Of a stretch of DNA of 64,000 nt, positions 1 to 15,224 are shown one piece after another. The notes beneath the pieces were generated by a model. It did no database searches, was not told the origin of the DNA, and saw only the letters and a list, made by a program, of their open reading frames with translations. The position numbers and the translations under genes were made by a program. The DNA comes from Lingula anatina (taxonomy: Eukaryota > Animalia > Brachiopoda), in contig CM120646.1 in the NCBI GenBank assembly GCA_051362555.1, forward strand, positions 1,674,001-1,738,000. Reading direction: 5' to 3'. How positions within the stretch are numbered: position 1 is the first letter of the stretch; every line of letters begins with the position of its first letter.

Positions 1-246
1 GCGTCAATAAAGTAACAGAAAAATGTAAAAATAACTAACACTAAGGCTGTCTGCACTCTCTTCCTTCTAGAAACACATTTCGCATCAGCTAATGTGTTTT
101 CTGATATTCATTATGATGGCTAAATCTCTAGCTATTGAACAATGTAAGTGTACTGCATATACCTTAAATTATTCTTCATGTCCATTCACCAATGTCGCGA
201 TTCAGTCAGTGCTAGCTTATAGCCTGCCTTAAAAGACCGAGATTGC

Positions 247-405
247 CAGTGTAACAAGAATGGAAGTCCGCTAGGAACCGTACTCCATTCCCCAATACTT
301 TGTACAGGTGACATTCGTCCTATATACTAACCCCAATACTCCCACTAACCCTAACCTGTACTGATCATATGGGACACCAGACTTCCATTCCTAGAACTAC
401 CATTG
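247..405. mobile_element. Small non-autonomous element (MITE/HINE-like) with inverted ends; its left part recurs in the SCP-array spacers
   Basis: GAATGGAAGTC near 258-268 is inverted as GACTTCCATTC at 380-390; internal CTAACCCTAACC motif. Bases ~250-340 match 32634-32720, 38330-38410 and 44699-44780 (e.g. GTCCGCTAGGAACCGTA...CTAACCCCAATACT). Confidence 0.5.
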
Positions 406-2121
406 CTGTCGGCAATCAGCTTCTACCTGCCCGTACACGTGTTAAACGTTACACATGGATGTGCTAGGCTGTCAGCGCTCAATGAGAATGTGTTGGAACA
501 AATTGCACTACTTTCATCATATGATACGGGTGTTTGCGTTTTACCTTGACTTTCATAATAATCTTACCCCTGTGATTGGTACCATTGAAGACCTCTGTAG
601 TTCATAGTTGTCACCCCCTAGTCATATTTTTAAAGTCAGTCATCATTGCCCCATAATGCTACGAAAGTGTAGTTTTTCAATAAACATAGGGCTAATTAAA
701 GTTGTAAAACAAAGATGAAATACAGGTTACCGGCGAGCAGGATATTTTGTATGGCAATAGGAATATTTGTCTGCCTCGAACATGGGTATTGTAAAAACTG
801 AATGGAAGCTCTATGTGATTGCCTCAAACATTTCTGGTTAAGCAGTGCTAAGATTTTAGAAATAAATTTTACGTTTTTCCAAGGGGCCCAAACTCTATAT
901 GGACACTTGTCTTCTATCTAACGTTATGTCGTCGATCGTAGTGAGATGCTGACCGCTTTGTTTAGTAAATTATTGAATTTAATTAGAGAGATCAAATTCA
1001 TCAGACCGCTGAATATCATAGTATATTCGTTACGCCTTTTAGTCGCCCAGGATGAAAAGCGATTTGGGATTCCAAGAAAAGTATACGTGAATTCTTGGAA
1101 AAGGATCCAATGTTAAGCACAGAGTAAGCTTTTCCTGATATTATCTGAAGCATACTTACTTGAAGAACATGCAATGCGATAATAAATCAATCTGGCGGTT
1201 GGAATTGAAATTGGAAAGAAACATTGAATGATTCATTTTATTACAATTGGGCCTGTCTCCTCAGCCCATTACATGTATCAAAACACCAATTATTGATGCT
1301 GCCACTTTCTGGGGATTTGATGTAATGTTGGCTTTGCATTTGACAATCATTCTAATTGCTAGTTTCTTCGTGTAGAGAAGAAATATTCATCGGCGCCAAA
1401 TCCCTTGCCTGGTACACAAAACTTTGATATATGAGATACTAAATCAGGTCTTCTTTGATACACACAATCAGCTTATATTATTATTGCCTCTGTCGTCTGC
1501 CTCAGTCTAAATCAAGGCACGGCTCCAAATGGTGAGAGATAATTGATGACGCTGTCTTATGTAATACTGGATACTGATTCATATTCCAAGGCAAGCAGCA
1601 CCAAGAGGCACTCTTTTATAATGTTTGACTAGAAAAAAACAGGATTCAATCTTGAAATGATACATTTGTATCAGTTTTCTGAAAAAAAATTTAATGTGTT
1701 CAGTCGTTTTGGACGAACTAAGCCCCTACACAGCACAGATACACGCCCTGTCCGTAGGTACGGTATTCTAGGACTGACAAATCTGATTGCATTTATGAGT
1801 TCTTTAAGATAAAGAAATATTGCGGAAATTTGTGTTGGTGTTTCCCCTTTTCTGTGAATTTCAAAGATAGCTCTTAAGAAAAAACATTTAAGATTAATAT
1901 ACACATAATTGGCGTTATTTTGAACACACGTATGTTTGAGCTAGGATTTATATCTAGTATTGCTAGAAACCTATTTAGCACATCGCAAACAAAATTAGTT
2001 TTGTATTTTTATTTATTGAAAAGAACTGAAATATTTCTATTCTCAGTCGAAAACACGTCACTTGGACCACGTGTCATTTGTTTCCAGTTGGTTTATTCTG
2101 ATTGACTTTATTTCTTTTCAG

Positions 2122-2267
2122 TTGATCAACACAACCACAAGGTGACAGCACAGGCTCAGAACAGCCCGGCGCCTCTTGCCTATAAAGACACTACACAAAG
2201 GATACACAACTCATCAGCGTCCCCTACCGCCACATTGCCAACGGACAATACATGGTTTTTATTGTAA
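2122..2267 (+). CDS. Probable terminal coding exon of an upstream gene paralogous to the 15225-26794 membrane-protein gene
   Basis: Pyrimidine tract + CAG acceptor (ttctttttcag-type, ends 2121), then TT GAT CAA in the same phase-1 start as the 26439 exon. Open for 47 codons ((V)DQHNHKVTAQAQNSPAPLAYKDTTQRIHNSSASPTATLPTDNTWFLL*), GC-richer than the flanks. Confidence 0.5.
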
Positions 2268-2575
2268 TCCAAATGCAGTGAAAAATCCGAACGATAGATG
2301 TCGCTTTCCAGTGCTGTTGGAAATCGTGACATGATGTTACTGTTATATTTTAAACGACATGTGTGGTATCACAATACAACCGTCGCTAAACTGAAGGACA
2401 TACTCGCGAGTATAAGGGGACTGGCGAACCCTTCTCTCAAGGTACAGTGAATACCAGTTTGTTAGCAAGAGAATGGCGCTGGGCGTTTGAATTCTCGAAG
2501 TCTACCCGAACAGTGGCATAATCTTTCTATGAAAGTGGCTAATTCTTTCTAATGCTCTGATCGGCATTCATTGGA

Positions 2576-2579
<4 letters not shown>

Positions 2580-2633
<54 letters not shown>
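2580..2633. repeat. (AT)n microsatellite
   Basis: Uninterrupted AT dinucleotide run. Confidence 0.95.
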
Positions 2634-2640
<7 letters not shown>

Positions 2641-5600
2641 ATGTAGTTTCATTGAGTCTGGATATAAACCAACGTTTCTATATGGAGAATAATTGACGTC
2701 ATTAAAACTTACCAGTTGCACAATGTAAAATGTAGCACGAATATGGAATACAATGGAGGCATGTCTGCACTGAACTGAAACGTTTGGTACGTTATAAAAT
2801 TACCGCCACTTACTGCTAACGTTAATTCTTTGTAGCTGACAAGTAATAAATATGATATTTACTTTGTAGCACAAAAGTGATTTTATTGTTGAACTTTATT
2901 TGAAAACACATTTAAGTGGTGGATTAAATAACGTTTTGGTGTAAATTCCATTATTGTTACCTAGTGATTATTAATTAACTGTAAATAAAAAAAAATGTTT
3001 ATATTAATGCACAGCTTTCTATCTATACACTGTACACAAGGTAAAATACATATGTCAAAACCATGTACGTTACAGTCCAGATTGAATTCTAGTAACACTA
3101 TGGAATTACGAAAATGCCCTTTGAGGTTCACCTTGGTCATGTTGAAATTAAATCATGTGAAGCGTAATTTCTTTTTCGTAATTGCCACGTGTATTTTGAT
3201 TCATGTATACCGGTCCATTACAGGGGCTAGGAAAACCAGTTGTATATCTATATTTGTACCATTGGTAGTTTTTCTTCGAAATCTATTAAAACGTTAATTC
3301 AATTAAAAAGTGAAATGCTTGTTGCATTCGATCCGCATTGATTTAACGAGAAGTGAAGTGGAATGTTTCAAATAGCTTAAGATTGGATTGTGACGTATAT
3401 ATGATATCTACTATCTTCAACTACAATCAACAAAAAAGTTGGAAACATGGACATAATTGAATTCCCCCTGTATGACAGATATTGTAACTATTTCATTGCT
3501 TTAATTTGGCAATGGTGATGAATGAGTCAAAATTACTGAAAGAACTAACTCCTAGATACCTCAAAATTAAATAGTTGGACCAATTGCAAATGATTGGTGA
3601 ATTTGAACAGCTGAATTCAAAACTGAACCATTCCTTCTTCCGTCATACATATGACTCTGTATGTTGCTAGCCTCTTGTAGTGATATTTTCAATTGCTTTC
3701 AATATAGATGTATTGCCGTAGATTCAGTGTATTACGGTCTCGCATAAACCGGACAGACGCCTGTATTGTACACTATCTGGACGTTACAGTCGCCAAACGA
3801 CATAAAACAGTATACTCTTAACTTATTGCACACATGACGGGGAAAATTCCCAGTCGCGTAATTGATGCGTTATGTGCACGATCTACAGTCGTTTATTTCT
3901 ACCGATGAATGAGCCCCATCTTCTCTATCACAATAAATAAACAATATCTTCTCTATCGCAATAAAGAAAAAGTATCTTCTCCGTCGCAATGAGCAAAACT
4001 GGTCAGCAACCCGCACCGCAAATACCTAAAATGGGATATCCTATAATAACCAACTTATTGCTATGTGTTGGTGCTTTAGGCGAATGTATAATTAGATAGT
4101 AAAACTCAATGATGTTTAACCTTTGCTAGGCTTATGATACTCTGCGTGAACAATCGAAGAATCACGATGTTTTAATCTATATAAGTATATATAATCGGAA
4201 TCTATTTAAGTAGACATATTTTTTTGTGATTGTACAAAGATATATATTACAATTTTGAAAATATCAAGGAATGGTGGTTAAATGGGATACAGGGCTCCAG
4301 CACCGTATCACTTGCACTGAACAGGGGATTGTGGATTATACTTCCACGCAAGGATGCCGAGATGGTATTCCTGACGTGTAAAATTTATATCGGTTGATAA
4401 GTGGAATGAACTACACTAAATTTTCAATTTTAAAAATTTACCACAGGCAGATAATGACCCTTAGTGACCCCTTATGACCAGCTGTACAATACCCCAACGG
4501 TTAAATCTTTGAAAGATCAGCGTTCAGTACTTATAAAATATGAAGAGTGCTGTAAGGGATAAAGTGCGGGGAAGCGCATTTAATCTATTGTTTTGCATCT
4601 TTTTGAGGCCTGCCTGAAATAATATGACTTCTTTTTTGAAAAACATGAAAGAAAGACAAATCATGGTGGTATATCAGTCAACTTAACCTTCTCTGGTATT
4701 CCCATAGGTCATAGGCGTGATATACATAACACTTTGTTTCGTTGTATCCAGTATATCATAACCATGTTTTTCATTAGTACCCGACTCTTAGGGAAGACAG
4801 CGATCTCTCTAATTGGTTTTAGATAATAAGTTTCGCCCCGGGGGACTGTTGCATATCCCCATGTCACGAAATCGGTTATCCCCTTCCCTTTCAGTCTCTA
4901 GCTACACGAGACCTGGTTGTGCTGTCCGAAAACCGCAAGAACAATTTGAGCCCATCCCGCTTTTCTTGTGATTGATATAATTATCTGTCTTTTCCCACTT
5001 AAACAGGTGACACTTAATTCTTTCTATTCCTTTTCGGAGTCGGTAATCGTATCATTATGTCAGCACTCTCAGAGTGTGCTGTGGGGAAATTCAATAAGAG
5101 TCTAAAAGCAACGGATTACGGAATCTCCAGGGAGAACTGGCAACGTCACAAAAGAGTCCAAATACGCGAAGATATCTCTTCCAGAAAGCGCAACGCTTCT
5201 GCTTTCTTGAAACTTCACTGGTTTTGTGGTTTTTTAAGATGCATTAAATACTTTTCCATGTATAACTAATATAAACTGGCAAAAATAGAGCGACTGATTC
5301 GATTTGCTCGATTTTCTGCGAATTAAGCGCCCAAGCAAGGATCCTTCTTCCTCCTGAGAGATCCATGTATAAAACCGCAGAAATTAGATATCGACCTTTT
5401 TAACGTGTTCGAAAGAAGCTTGCCTAGGAAACAGCTAGCATCTATATTCATTTATACCCGAAATACGAATTTACAGTAAAGCGACATTGCAGTATTTGAG
5501 TCATACATTGAACGTAAATAGTGGATGGATTTATTGTGAAATATCTCATTAAAACCCTTCTAGTTATGATGAAAACGCTCAGTAAATATTCCCAAAAGAA

Positions 5601-7305
5601 GATGTACAATTACCAAGCGACAGGATTACCAATAGCTACGCAACGTGACGAACAAATTAACAAAAACGGCATGCCAAAATTAGATAATGCAACGGCACGT
5701 AATTTCATCTCAATTATCCACTTGTTTTCTATCTCTGCCAGAAACGTCTCTGGAGATTGTTCTGAACCCATTACGGCTGGCGTGGCATGCTGGAAAGCCA
5801 TGTTTTGATTTATTCAAAAGCAATAGATGCTGCTGTGTGATTGATTTTCTAAACACGAAATTGGATGGTTACGGAATTTGACAGTATTTGCTGCTTAATT
5901 TTTCATAACTTCTCATTTCGAGCTCTTTTTCCACGTGCCCTCGCACAGAATATATTAATCTGTGTTAATGTAAATAATATAAATAATGGAATCGGTTGAA
6001 TTTAATGGAATTGAGAAGAATGCATAGATATCAAAACAAAATAGATATGCAGCTGCTTTCCTCCATTTATAAGCAAGTGCTCATAAACATTTATACAGCC
6101 CAAGCATTCACACAACATGGATTCTTTACAGCTTTTTTCTTCGTGTTATTAAAAATAGCTTCATGTACAAATTGCAATATAATATTGGCGTGCTAAGGTA
6201 TTTCGTATCAATCACACAGCAGCACGACACGACGACGTAATGCGAAATCCTACATTTCGCTTCTCTTAGATATGTTTATCAAAGCGTATTGGATGGAATC
6301 GTGAAAAAATCCAAAATACCACGTTATTTTTCCTTGTCATATTATTACAGATTAAATTACTACTTTTTGTTGAAAATGTTTTGACATGGAACTGTACGAA
6401 ACATTTCAGGTAATTGAATACAGTCTTTGCTGTTTGGACAATAAACAAAGATACAGGCATATCGAACGAGCGTGTTTTTTCGTGTTATAAACCATTGTCA
6501 ATGCCTGTATTAACAAATGTACTCTGTTATAAGAAGGGGAAATGAAGTTAATAAATCAGGTGAGAGAAATGCCATTAAATAGGATGGCTAATGAAATGTT
6601 GTTCATCTTTAAATGTTGACTTCATGGGTGTTTATATCTCTCTTTTCTACCCAGTAAACGTTTTATACTGCTTTTTATCTGATCCGGATATTTAATCAGG
6701 TAGAGGTCTGTCGTGAATGATATATAATCATACGAAAAGAAACAGGGTTTTGCTATTTTCATATCCTTTCCTTCTATTTTTAGACTCCTTTCAACTTGAT
6801 GAAATGTTCCTGTTATATTAACAAGAGTTGGCTTTTAGTTCGGTAAAGCATACACACTGCTATGCGCTGGCTAGGAAAGTCTTGGTGTGTTTGGCGTCAT
6901 ATTCTTACATACATATAACGAGAGAATGCGCTTGGCTGTATATTGTAACACATAGATATCGTGCGACAAAGTGTAACTTAAGAAGTAACGACCTCCACGA
7001 CCTGTTTCGTGGACTTGAAATATAGCTTTGTCAAAAACGATTATAGTCTCTGAACTCGAAAAGAAAAACCTAAATCAATCGGCATTAATTTCAGGTTGCA
7101 TCATTTATTAAATGCTGCTCGAAGTACGGAGTCATAATTGCATTTTAGTATCTGCTATCAATAGTGTCTGCCTAGGCTTCCAATAAAAATGCAATCTGAC
7201 ATTGTCCTGTTTAATCTTGTAGTTATAAACCGTTTACTCTTAACGATTTATCTACGGCACTTCTGTGTACGAATCGGCGTGATCCTCTGCAAATTTGTAG
7301 TTTTA

Positions 7306-7545
7306 GAGCCCATTCCCATAAAAACCATCGGTCTAAGTGGATCGATCCAACTCTGTGGAGACTTTTCCTGATTGCAATCAGCTTAACTTAATGGCACGCA
7401 TTCTCTTGTTCCGACGTACTCGTATTATCACCAGCTTTCCTGTATTCTTCTCAGTGGCACCCATTTTAGCTGGTAGCGCTCAGCGAGAGTCCCTGCAGAG
7501 TTGGATTGATCTACGTAGGCCGATGGTGTCTGTGGGAATGGACCC
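7306..7545. mobile_element. MITE with ~50-bp imperfect terminal inverted repeats (PIF/Harbinger-like)
   Basis: Left end GAGCCCATTCCCATAAAAACCATCGGTCTAAGTGGATCGATCCAACTCTG versus reverse complement of right end GGGTCCATTCCCACAGACACCATCGGCCTACGTAGATCAATCCAACTCTG; flanked by TTA / ATA. Confidence 0.75.
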
Positions 7546-10500
7546 ATAGATCAAAACCTAAACATTATCCATAGCTTCTGTTCGAAACTGAACCAGAATT
7601 AAGCGCAAATGGAGTTAATTCCTCGCAGATAAAATACAACTATCGTTTTTTGTAATTACCAAGCTATCTTTCAGATCATACTTTGTACTATGCATTTATC
7701 TAATCCCTTTAATATAATGTGGGCTGCATAAACCTAAGATTCACACATATGTAGTTTAACGCTTACGGATTACTCTAAAATTCTAGAATTGATAGCCGAT
7801 CACGTAAAGACGAGTATGCGGTATTTGTGAAGGAGCGAATGTTCTACAGTGAATGTACTTGACATAGCTAAATAGGCTAATGTCACCATTGAGAGCAAAG
7901 TCATTCTCAAGACAATAACCAAGTGCTCCTGGGGCTTAATTAGATATCTGCAAAAACTAGGCAAGTAGCCTTTTAGATTTTTTTGTGAAACTAACTTAGT
8001 CGGCTAAAACAGACAGCAGTCTCTGTTAGAACCTTTAATCGACCTTGTCCGTGTTTGAAACGTGCAGCCCATTAGAATGTTGGGGACTTTTATGGGTGCC
8101 ATTATGGACAGGACAATCTTTGTTGGGTAAACACTTACCGCTTCCCAAGCTATGTCGAAGTGACTGCACGGAGTACAGTTTCTGTTATCCAAAGGACTTA
8201 TTTCTTGTGCAAAAATGTCGTTTTAATTTCGAAAGATTTAAAACAGTAATCACATGTACAAAAGGCTAATTTCACAAAAGAAAAAAGTTTAAATGCGACG
8301 AAGTTTGAGGCAGTTGGTTGCTTAATTTAACTGGCATATAGCATATTAATCCATGGGTAAAATCTACACTTTGCTTCCTATTCTTTTATTTTTTCCATAT
8401 TTCAGATTTAAATAAAAATGTTGCTTCTTATAGAAGAACAGTGCACACAAGACATGGATAGTGCAATTTAGACGATGCAACAACAAAAATGTTGCTTTTT
8501 TGTCCACAATTATCTCATTCGCACGCTACATATCAATAAGAAACGGGCGTGTTCACTTTAACGTGCTGGAGCGGAAAGGAACATTTTCCTGTGATACATT
8601 AGTGATACAAAGGTCAATTTGGGTGTGTTTCCTCTTGGCAGCACGGAAACATGTTGCTCAACACGATTCGGTTGAATGTTATCCTTGTTTCCATGCGTGC
8701 TGGTAGAATGCCTGTTGAAATGCTTGGATGATTGAGGTTTGCCAACGACTCGGCAATTACACGCGAAGATCAAGGCTACGAAGCTCCGATGGAATTTATA
8801 ATTGTTACGGGAAGATTAGATTTGGCTGAAACGGGAACTCCAAAAGGGACTGTTGACGACGATTAAAATCACATGCCGTAATGCAGCACTGACTATTTAT
8901 GTCATGTTAATGGAAGGACGTAATTAGATAAGCAAAGATCAATAGTAAATGCACCCTTGTGGTCTCACATGCTATCGATTACATACATTTTAATTAAGTC
9001 GAATGCCAAGATTACACGTTTTAAGTAACGGCAAGTGAATGCAGTTGGTGAACCGTTGAACATTGTGACACATCAAGGCGTAACGCTGCTATTAATAAGC
9101 TGTAGGTCTATTTCAGCCAGACTGGTGCTGAGGAATGCAGTCTGGATTACAGTGTAGCAGCCTTCAATGCCAAATATAATGTACTTACACCCCGTATATC
9201 TCTTGACTTGAATTATGCTTTTTCTCGACCAAATCCTATGGAATAGATAATGTTCTGTAATGTCAACTGAAATTAGTATTTACATTGGCGAACTAGAATA
9301 TTCACGTACACGTCAAACCAATTGCCCGTTGCCGGAGTGTCGGTGTTGCTCTGGTGCCCAGTCCGTTGTAAAGAAGTACAAATGTTATACACTGGCAGTG
9401 TGCATGAGGCACGTCTCTTTCTCTTTTGTTGTTCTAGAAAAGTTGTTGGGGTTTTTGATGTACAGACAGACTGATCGATTCCTGACTCAGATGTCTATAT
9501 TCTGAAGTTTCTGTACGTGTTACATGCAACATTCTGAGTCCACTAGTTATGATGTACTATATACTGTATATTTGTAATATTTTATTGCACCTTTCTATTC
9601 CAATTAATCCGGATGGTCGTTTTTGTAAAACTGTTGTACATGAAGCCGCTGTATTATCAGCTTCAATACAGGTTACTATAAAAAGTTGTCAGACCAATAA
9701 ACAGCTATTAATAAACGTCTTATTAAAGTATCTTGGTGAGAGACTAAATAGTGCAAGTAACGTTAAGGTAAACAGTTTTGAAAGCCGTAATAAAGTGCAC
9801 AGTGGGGAAAGGGAGAGGTGCCATTTTGAATCAAGTATCTTCAGCTCCATGAGAATGTGGAACCCCCTAAAATGACCCTAACGACGTTCCGAAACTCACC
9901 AGTGATCCCTATTTACAACTCGGATAACTTTTTATAGACACTTAAAGTCATTATTTCCTTTAAATGACATGAAGTTCTTGTAGTTTTTGTACATGACAAA
10001 TAATGCATGTATATATCTTAATATATGGCATGTTACCTAAAAGTTATCTAACCGTCCTCTTGGAAACCTCCATAGGTCATATGATATGAACAGAGATAGG
10101 AATTTTTTCAAATATTGTTTCTTTAAAACTAAAATTGCGTTTCATAAGGAGTACATGAAAGGTGGATTGCTTTCTCTGAATACACGATTAAATTAGGTAG
10201 ATGTTTTTATTGAACAATACTAGAATTTCATTCGTCGCACCCTGATATATTTAGATGCAAGTATACATGTAGTGTTGTTGTCACAGGAGATGCCTGCCGC
10301 CTTTAATACCAAAGTCATTTTGTCTCATTTCAAAGAATCATGGAGCACTTAGCACGTTTCTTAGAGAAAAGAGGCGTTAAGACTTAATCATTCCACCGCT
10401 TTGATTAGTTTAAATGGTCCCCACCTCCAGGACTCTTTTCCCCTATTCACCGGCCGTGTCACTGATTGTTCAACTGGTAAGAAATTACTTGCTTGACATA

Positions 10501-13483
10501 AACGGATTTCAAAAAGTCATATAATGCAACAACAGAGTTTTGTCCTTTTCCGTTCATCGATTTTTTTCAGAAGTATACTTTGACCTGATTGTCTCTGTGG
10601 AGATAAACTAGGCTTTGAGACTTAAGAGCTCTTCCCAACCGAGATATTGACATACAACAAGTGATGTGTCTTTGTAAATGTGCCCGGAGGAAAGGGGAGG
10701 TGGGGGGGGGGGGGGCGCGCGAGAATGAATTCAGGTTGGTGAGGCGGGTTGAGTAGACAACAATGATTCATCCTCAGCTGTAGATCGATCTTCTTCATTG
10801 GCTCAGTCTACAATGTTCCTATAACTTACATTGGGTGTTACTTGAATCCATTATAATTGACATCAAAAACGCACTTCAAAATATGTATACAATTGTAAGT
10901 GTGACAAAGCTAAACTTCTCCTGTGTGATTTTTATTCAAATGTTTGACATACCTTGTAAATATGGTTAAATGCATCTTAAACGTCTGTATTTCATGCCAT
11001 TTTACAGACTTGACGTTTAATATGGAATATTTTATAAGTTATCTCTTGGTGAACATGTATTGTTTTCTAAAAAAAAATCCATGTTTTACAGTGTAAACTG
11101 AACAAAAAAGTGAGTCAACACTTTGAATGAAAGATAGAATAGCGCGAAACAGAAAGAAATTGACAGATTACTGTTTCAAAAGGAACCGCACGCACAGTCT
11201 TACAAAGGCATGCTCAGACCGGAGACCACGTCCAAGGCATCCAAATAATACTACCCCAGGTTCCACTGTTCTCACATACATGCTGTTACAACTAAACAAA
11301 GGCAACCCGTTCTTATCAGGATGAAGGGCAGGTTGCCACCAGAAAGCGTTTTTCAAGGCTCTTTGAATGATTATTTGAATAATATATTCGACCGAATCTC
11401 TAAAAGCTCTGTTTGAAGGAATACCTCGCCATTTGAGAATCCTGGTAACATCAAGACTGTTACTGTCACTTGTCACTGATATGAGTGTCCTTCTTTAACA
11501 GTTGATAATTTTGAAATATGGGAACCAAATAATGCTTTTGATGTATTTTTGTTTGTTCTATTGATAAATTCAAGAAGTAATGTCCAAGTGACACTAAAGT
11601 TATTATTAAAATCTACTGAACAAAATTTAAAACTTTGTTAACTATTAGGAAGAAAATATGAAAATTGAATGACTCGTAAATACATTAAATGTCAAACCTA
11701 TATTGGTGAAAACAATGTATTGTGGGTATTTGTAGCACATATAGCAGAGCCCCAGAAAGTCCGTATGACAAAACGCCCATCTGCAGTTATGAAATCAAAT
11801 ATCAACAGCCCTGAATTTTACACATTTAACATTTATGTGATTGCAAACACTGATTCTCAAAGCAAAGGAGACAGGCGTAGGCAGTTATATTTTACAGTCG
11901 AAATGATAAGTTTATTTACGTAGGCTTAATTTACATTGTTCAACACATTTCCACACTTATGTGGGTACATGCTGTCTACGGAAAATGTTTGTACTCTTAT
12001 CCAAGTACCTTGAACCGTTTTGCCATCTTAAAAGGCATTTGGAATAATTAATATATCATATTAATAATTACATATTATCGGACGAACCTTTCATTTGGAG
12101 TGCTGTGTTGTTTATACTAATAACTAAAAGTAGCTTTTAAAAGTTCCGTCAAATAATGAATAACGTTTTATGTAATTATCCTAAGCTAATATGTGTCTCG
12201 AATTGGCTACCGTCTTCAAATGACAATGGTACATCTGGCAACGGTTTGAGCCAATGATTTGCAGTTCATCCGATTTTGATGTGGACTTGTCGAAGAGAGA
12301 AAGATACTTTAATACAGTATAAGTATGATGCATTTGTCTCTTGCAATTATTTCTTAATTTTACGGGTTTAAAATATGACAGTCGTTCATTTTTTACAAAG
12401 TGTTCAAGAAAATTCGAACGATCAGTTTATTTCAGAGTAAATTCTTACAGTAATGTCTAGAATACATATGTTGCATTTGGCTTTTGTAATGGCTTTGATT
12501 TCACCATTTCACTGGGAACGTAAGGATATCAACCACAAATTGGCTAACTGTCTCTACAAGAAAAGCTTTCTAGGTGGTTCCTTTCCATGCAATCTGCTTT
12601 GCCATTGTTTTCTGATGCTGTATGCACACCGCAACTCATTTTGTAGCGTGGTGAATGGCTTTATTGACTTTGTGTCAAATATAGTATAGATGATATTTTC
12701 TGCATGTTGGCCACACCTGTGTAAATAGCAGGTAACACAGCGTGGCTTTTTGACATTTTTAAACAAAGAGACAGATTACACGACCGACATTTCTGAAGAC
12801 ACTCCTCGTGTACATATCATAACCTATTAAAAATGTCAACTAGTGAGGCGTCCTGATAGTGATACGGTACTTGAAAAATAAACAAGCTCTTAACGTGATG
12901 CTCGGATTGTTAGATAATAAAACGGCAATAATTATCAAAGTCCCTTCGATTGCACCTGTAATTCTCAGCGACATAAAACCAGTAATTAATTTCCATTTGC
13001 GATGACTTATTCAATACTGCACGCACGCTAACATCCGCCCTGTATTGTAGCCGGTTCAGTCGTACCTGAGCTTTTACATTCATTGATAATAACTGTATTT
13101 AAAAGCCTTCGTTTACACTGCAACAACCAGAACAACGATAATACCGAAGCAGCAATATGCGATCTATTGAAGATTTAAACTTCCCAAGTCCATCATTATA
13201 ACGCTCCCATTCTCATGGTTAAATGGCGGTGTGGGTAACAGCCAACATGGACGGAAATGAGCAGAAGCGGCATCGATTCCAGTGTCCCCTGAGGCTAACA
13301 CACAATAGACGCTGAGATTAAGGATTAATGTGTAATTAGATGATGGTTGCCTTCAGTTGTTCAAGGACATAGTCCCTAGAAACTCAGGTATGTGGTATGA
13401 GGAAGCTGCAGGCAATTAAAGCGTGCGTTCGTCTTGCAAAGCACAGCGGAAGGATTGTGTTTTAACATCATGAGGCTGGGTCA

Positions 13484-13699
13484 TATATAATACTACCGTG
13501 CAAGATAGCTGTGACACACCGTGTCGCATCTTCTTAACCATGTGTGTGCTCAGTTCATTGGTGAGCACTAACAGTTTTCCATAAGACAGTAAAGTACTTT
13601 CTGGAGTTGGCAGAGTCTGCTGTACTTTCGCCTAAAGTGAAGATTGCGTGGTAACTTGGCTTTTTATTTGGAATGACTCTCAAGATAGCAACTCAGAAG
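13484..13699 (+). promoter_or_regulatory. Candidate TATA promoter and non-coding first exon of the membrane-protein gene
   Basis: ATATATAA near 13484, donor-like AAG|GTGAGG at ~13699 (alternative AAG|GTACGT at ~13814), and an acceptor-like AG at ~15204 just before the ATG at 15225. Motif-level evidence only. Confidence 0.25.
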
Positions 13700-15224
13700 G
13701 TGAGGTAATTTCTATTGAAACTGACGACAAGAATCTGTTTGCACTTCATGGCAGCAGTGCTGTGTGTATATAGTCAAACGACGTCCCGATGGAGAGCAGG
13801 TAACAGCAGATAAGGTACGTATCTAAGCTCTCGGTCGGTTTTTCTCGTCAATTAATAACTTTTTGCCTGTCGAACGGATTTGACTTTTAAGTGTCATCCC
13901 CATTGTAAGGCAAGATGTCGCAGATTAAGTATATCAATTATTATTGCATTTTGAGTTTTCATAATATATTTTCTAGTATTCTATAACTTTCGTGTCCACC
14001 CAGATTATCTGAAAGCATCTGTTGCCATGATAACAGACACGGAATTCGGAATTAAATCACGGCTAATCGAAAGTTATGGGTAGTTTACGATAAATTGCAA
14101 TTCGCATGTTTACCGTTCGCATAGGCCTGGTTATAGCACGGGCGCTATATTAACTCAAACAACATGTTTGGATGTAAATACACGGTTGATTAATTTGATC
14201 TTTACCGGTATAGGGCATGTATATTTACAAGAAGGAACTCCAATATCTGTGTAATGCAAAGCACGAAGACCTTACATGAACCCCTTTCAACGCCACCTCC
14301 TATACGCGACCTGCGAGCATAACGACTTGACACCTGGTGACGTCACAGCAGGGTTGCGGTCAATTATTCCAGCACCTGTCTTAAAAATTAATTTTACCAA
14401 GGAAGCCGCAATCGATGTTTACGGTGGATTTTCATTTGCGCGACGTTGCAAGTGAAGTGGACCTCCGGAAAGTCTATAATCGGCCGTCTACGGGATTTAA
14501 AAGGAATCTCCTTCAACAAGCAAGGTAAACTGTTTTCCGACAAAGGATTTTAAATAGCTGTAAGGTCCCACCTGCAGCGGAACCAACCAGCTTTTGACGA
14601 ACAGGCAACTCTTCGCTTGTAAGATTGCATTTATGTGAACCTTTGCATCCGCATTGTGCAGCATAAATGTCGAAGTTTATTAACACAATGTGATGTGATA
14701 TACAGTGATGAAGGCAATGATTGGCTGTAGTGAATATGTCGTTTAGGGTTATTCTGTAGGCTGTGTTCACCTAGACTGCTGCTAGACACACTCGTTGCCT
14801 GGACAAACTCTGGTATGGTATAAAGAACCTATTGCAGCCTGTCATATATCTTTTGAAGTGGAGGCTAGCAGAGACAGTGGCCATGATTTTAACGTGTTGC
14901 ACATTTTCAGAAGAAATACACACCTGGGGAGCGACTGTGGCGCACTTTACCTCTTATATGTGATTTATATGACTTTATAAGATATATTTGGCTTGATTGA
15001 AAGGGAACGATTGGTGCAGCGAAACTTTACCCATAACAAAGGGGAAACAGATGAATTATGACTAATACTAATCTTTAATAATGTGGGGATTGCGCTTGAA
15101 AAACAAGAGCTACCGTGATAGACCAAAGGAAACATTAGCGTCTTGGGGACTGTGATTTAAAGACATTGCGACGCGGTCCGTTGCATTTTATTGATTCGTT
15201 AAAGAGATTCTACGAGCCTATCCA

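Noticed and set aside
325-357. Telomeric repeat (CTAACC)
   Set aside because: Only 2-3 imperfect units inside a small interspersed element.
4270-4590. Possible SINE remnant (also ~21700-22000)
   Set aside because: Only vague resemblance; no clear A/B boxes or second copy in the window to support a call.
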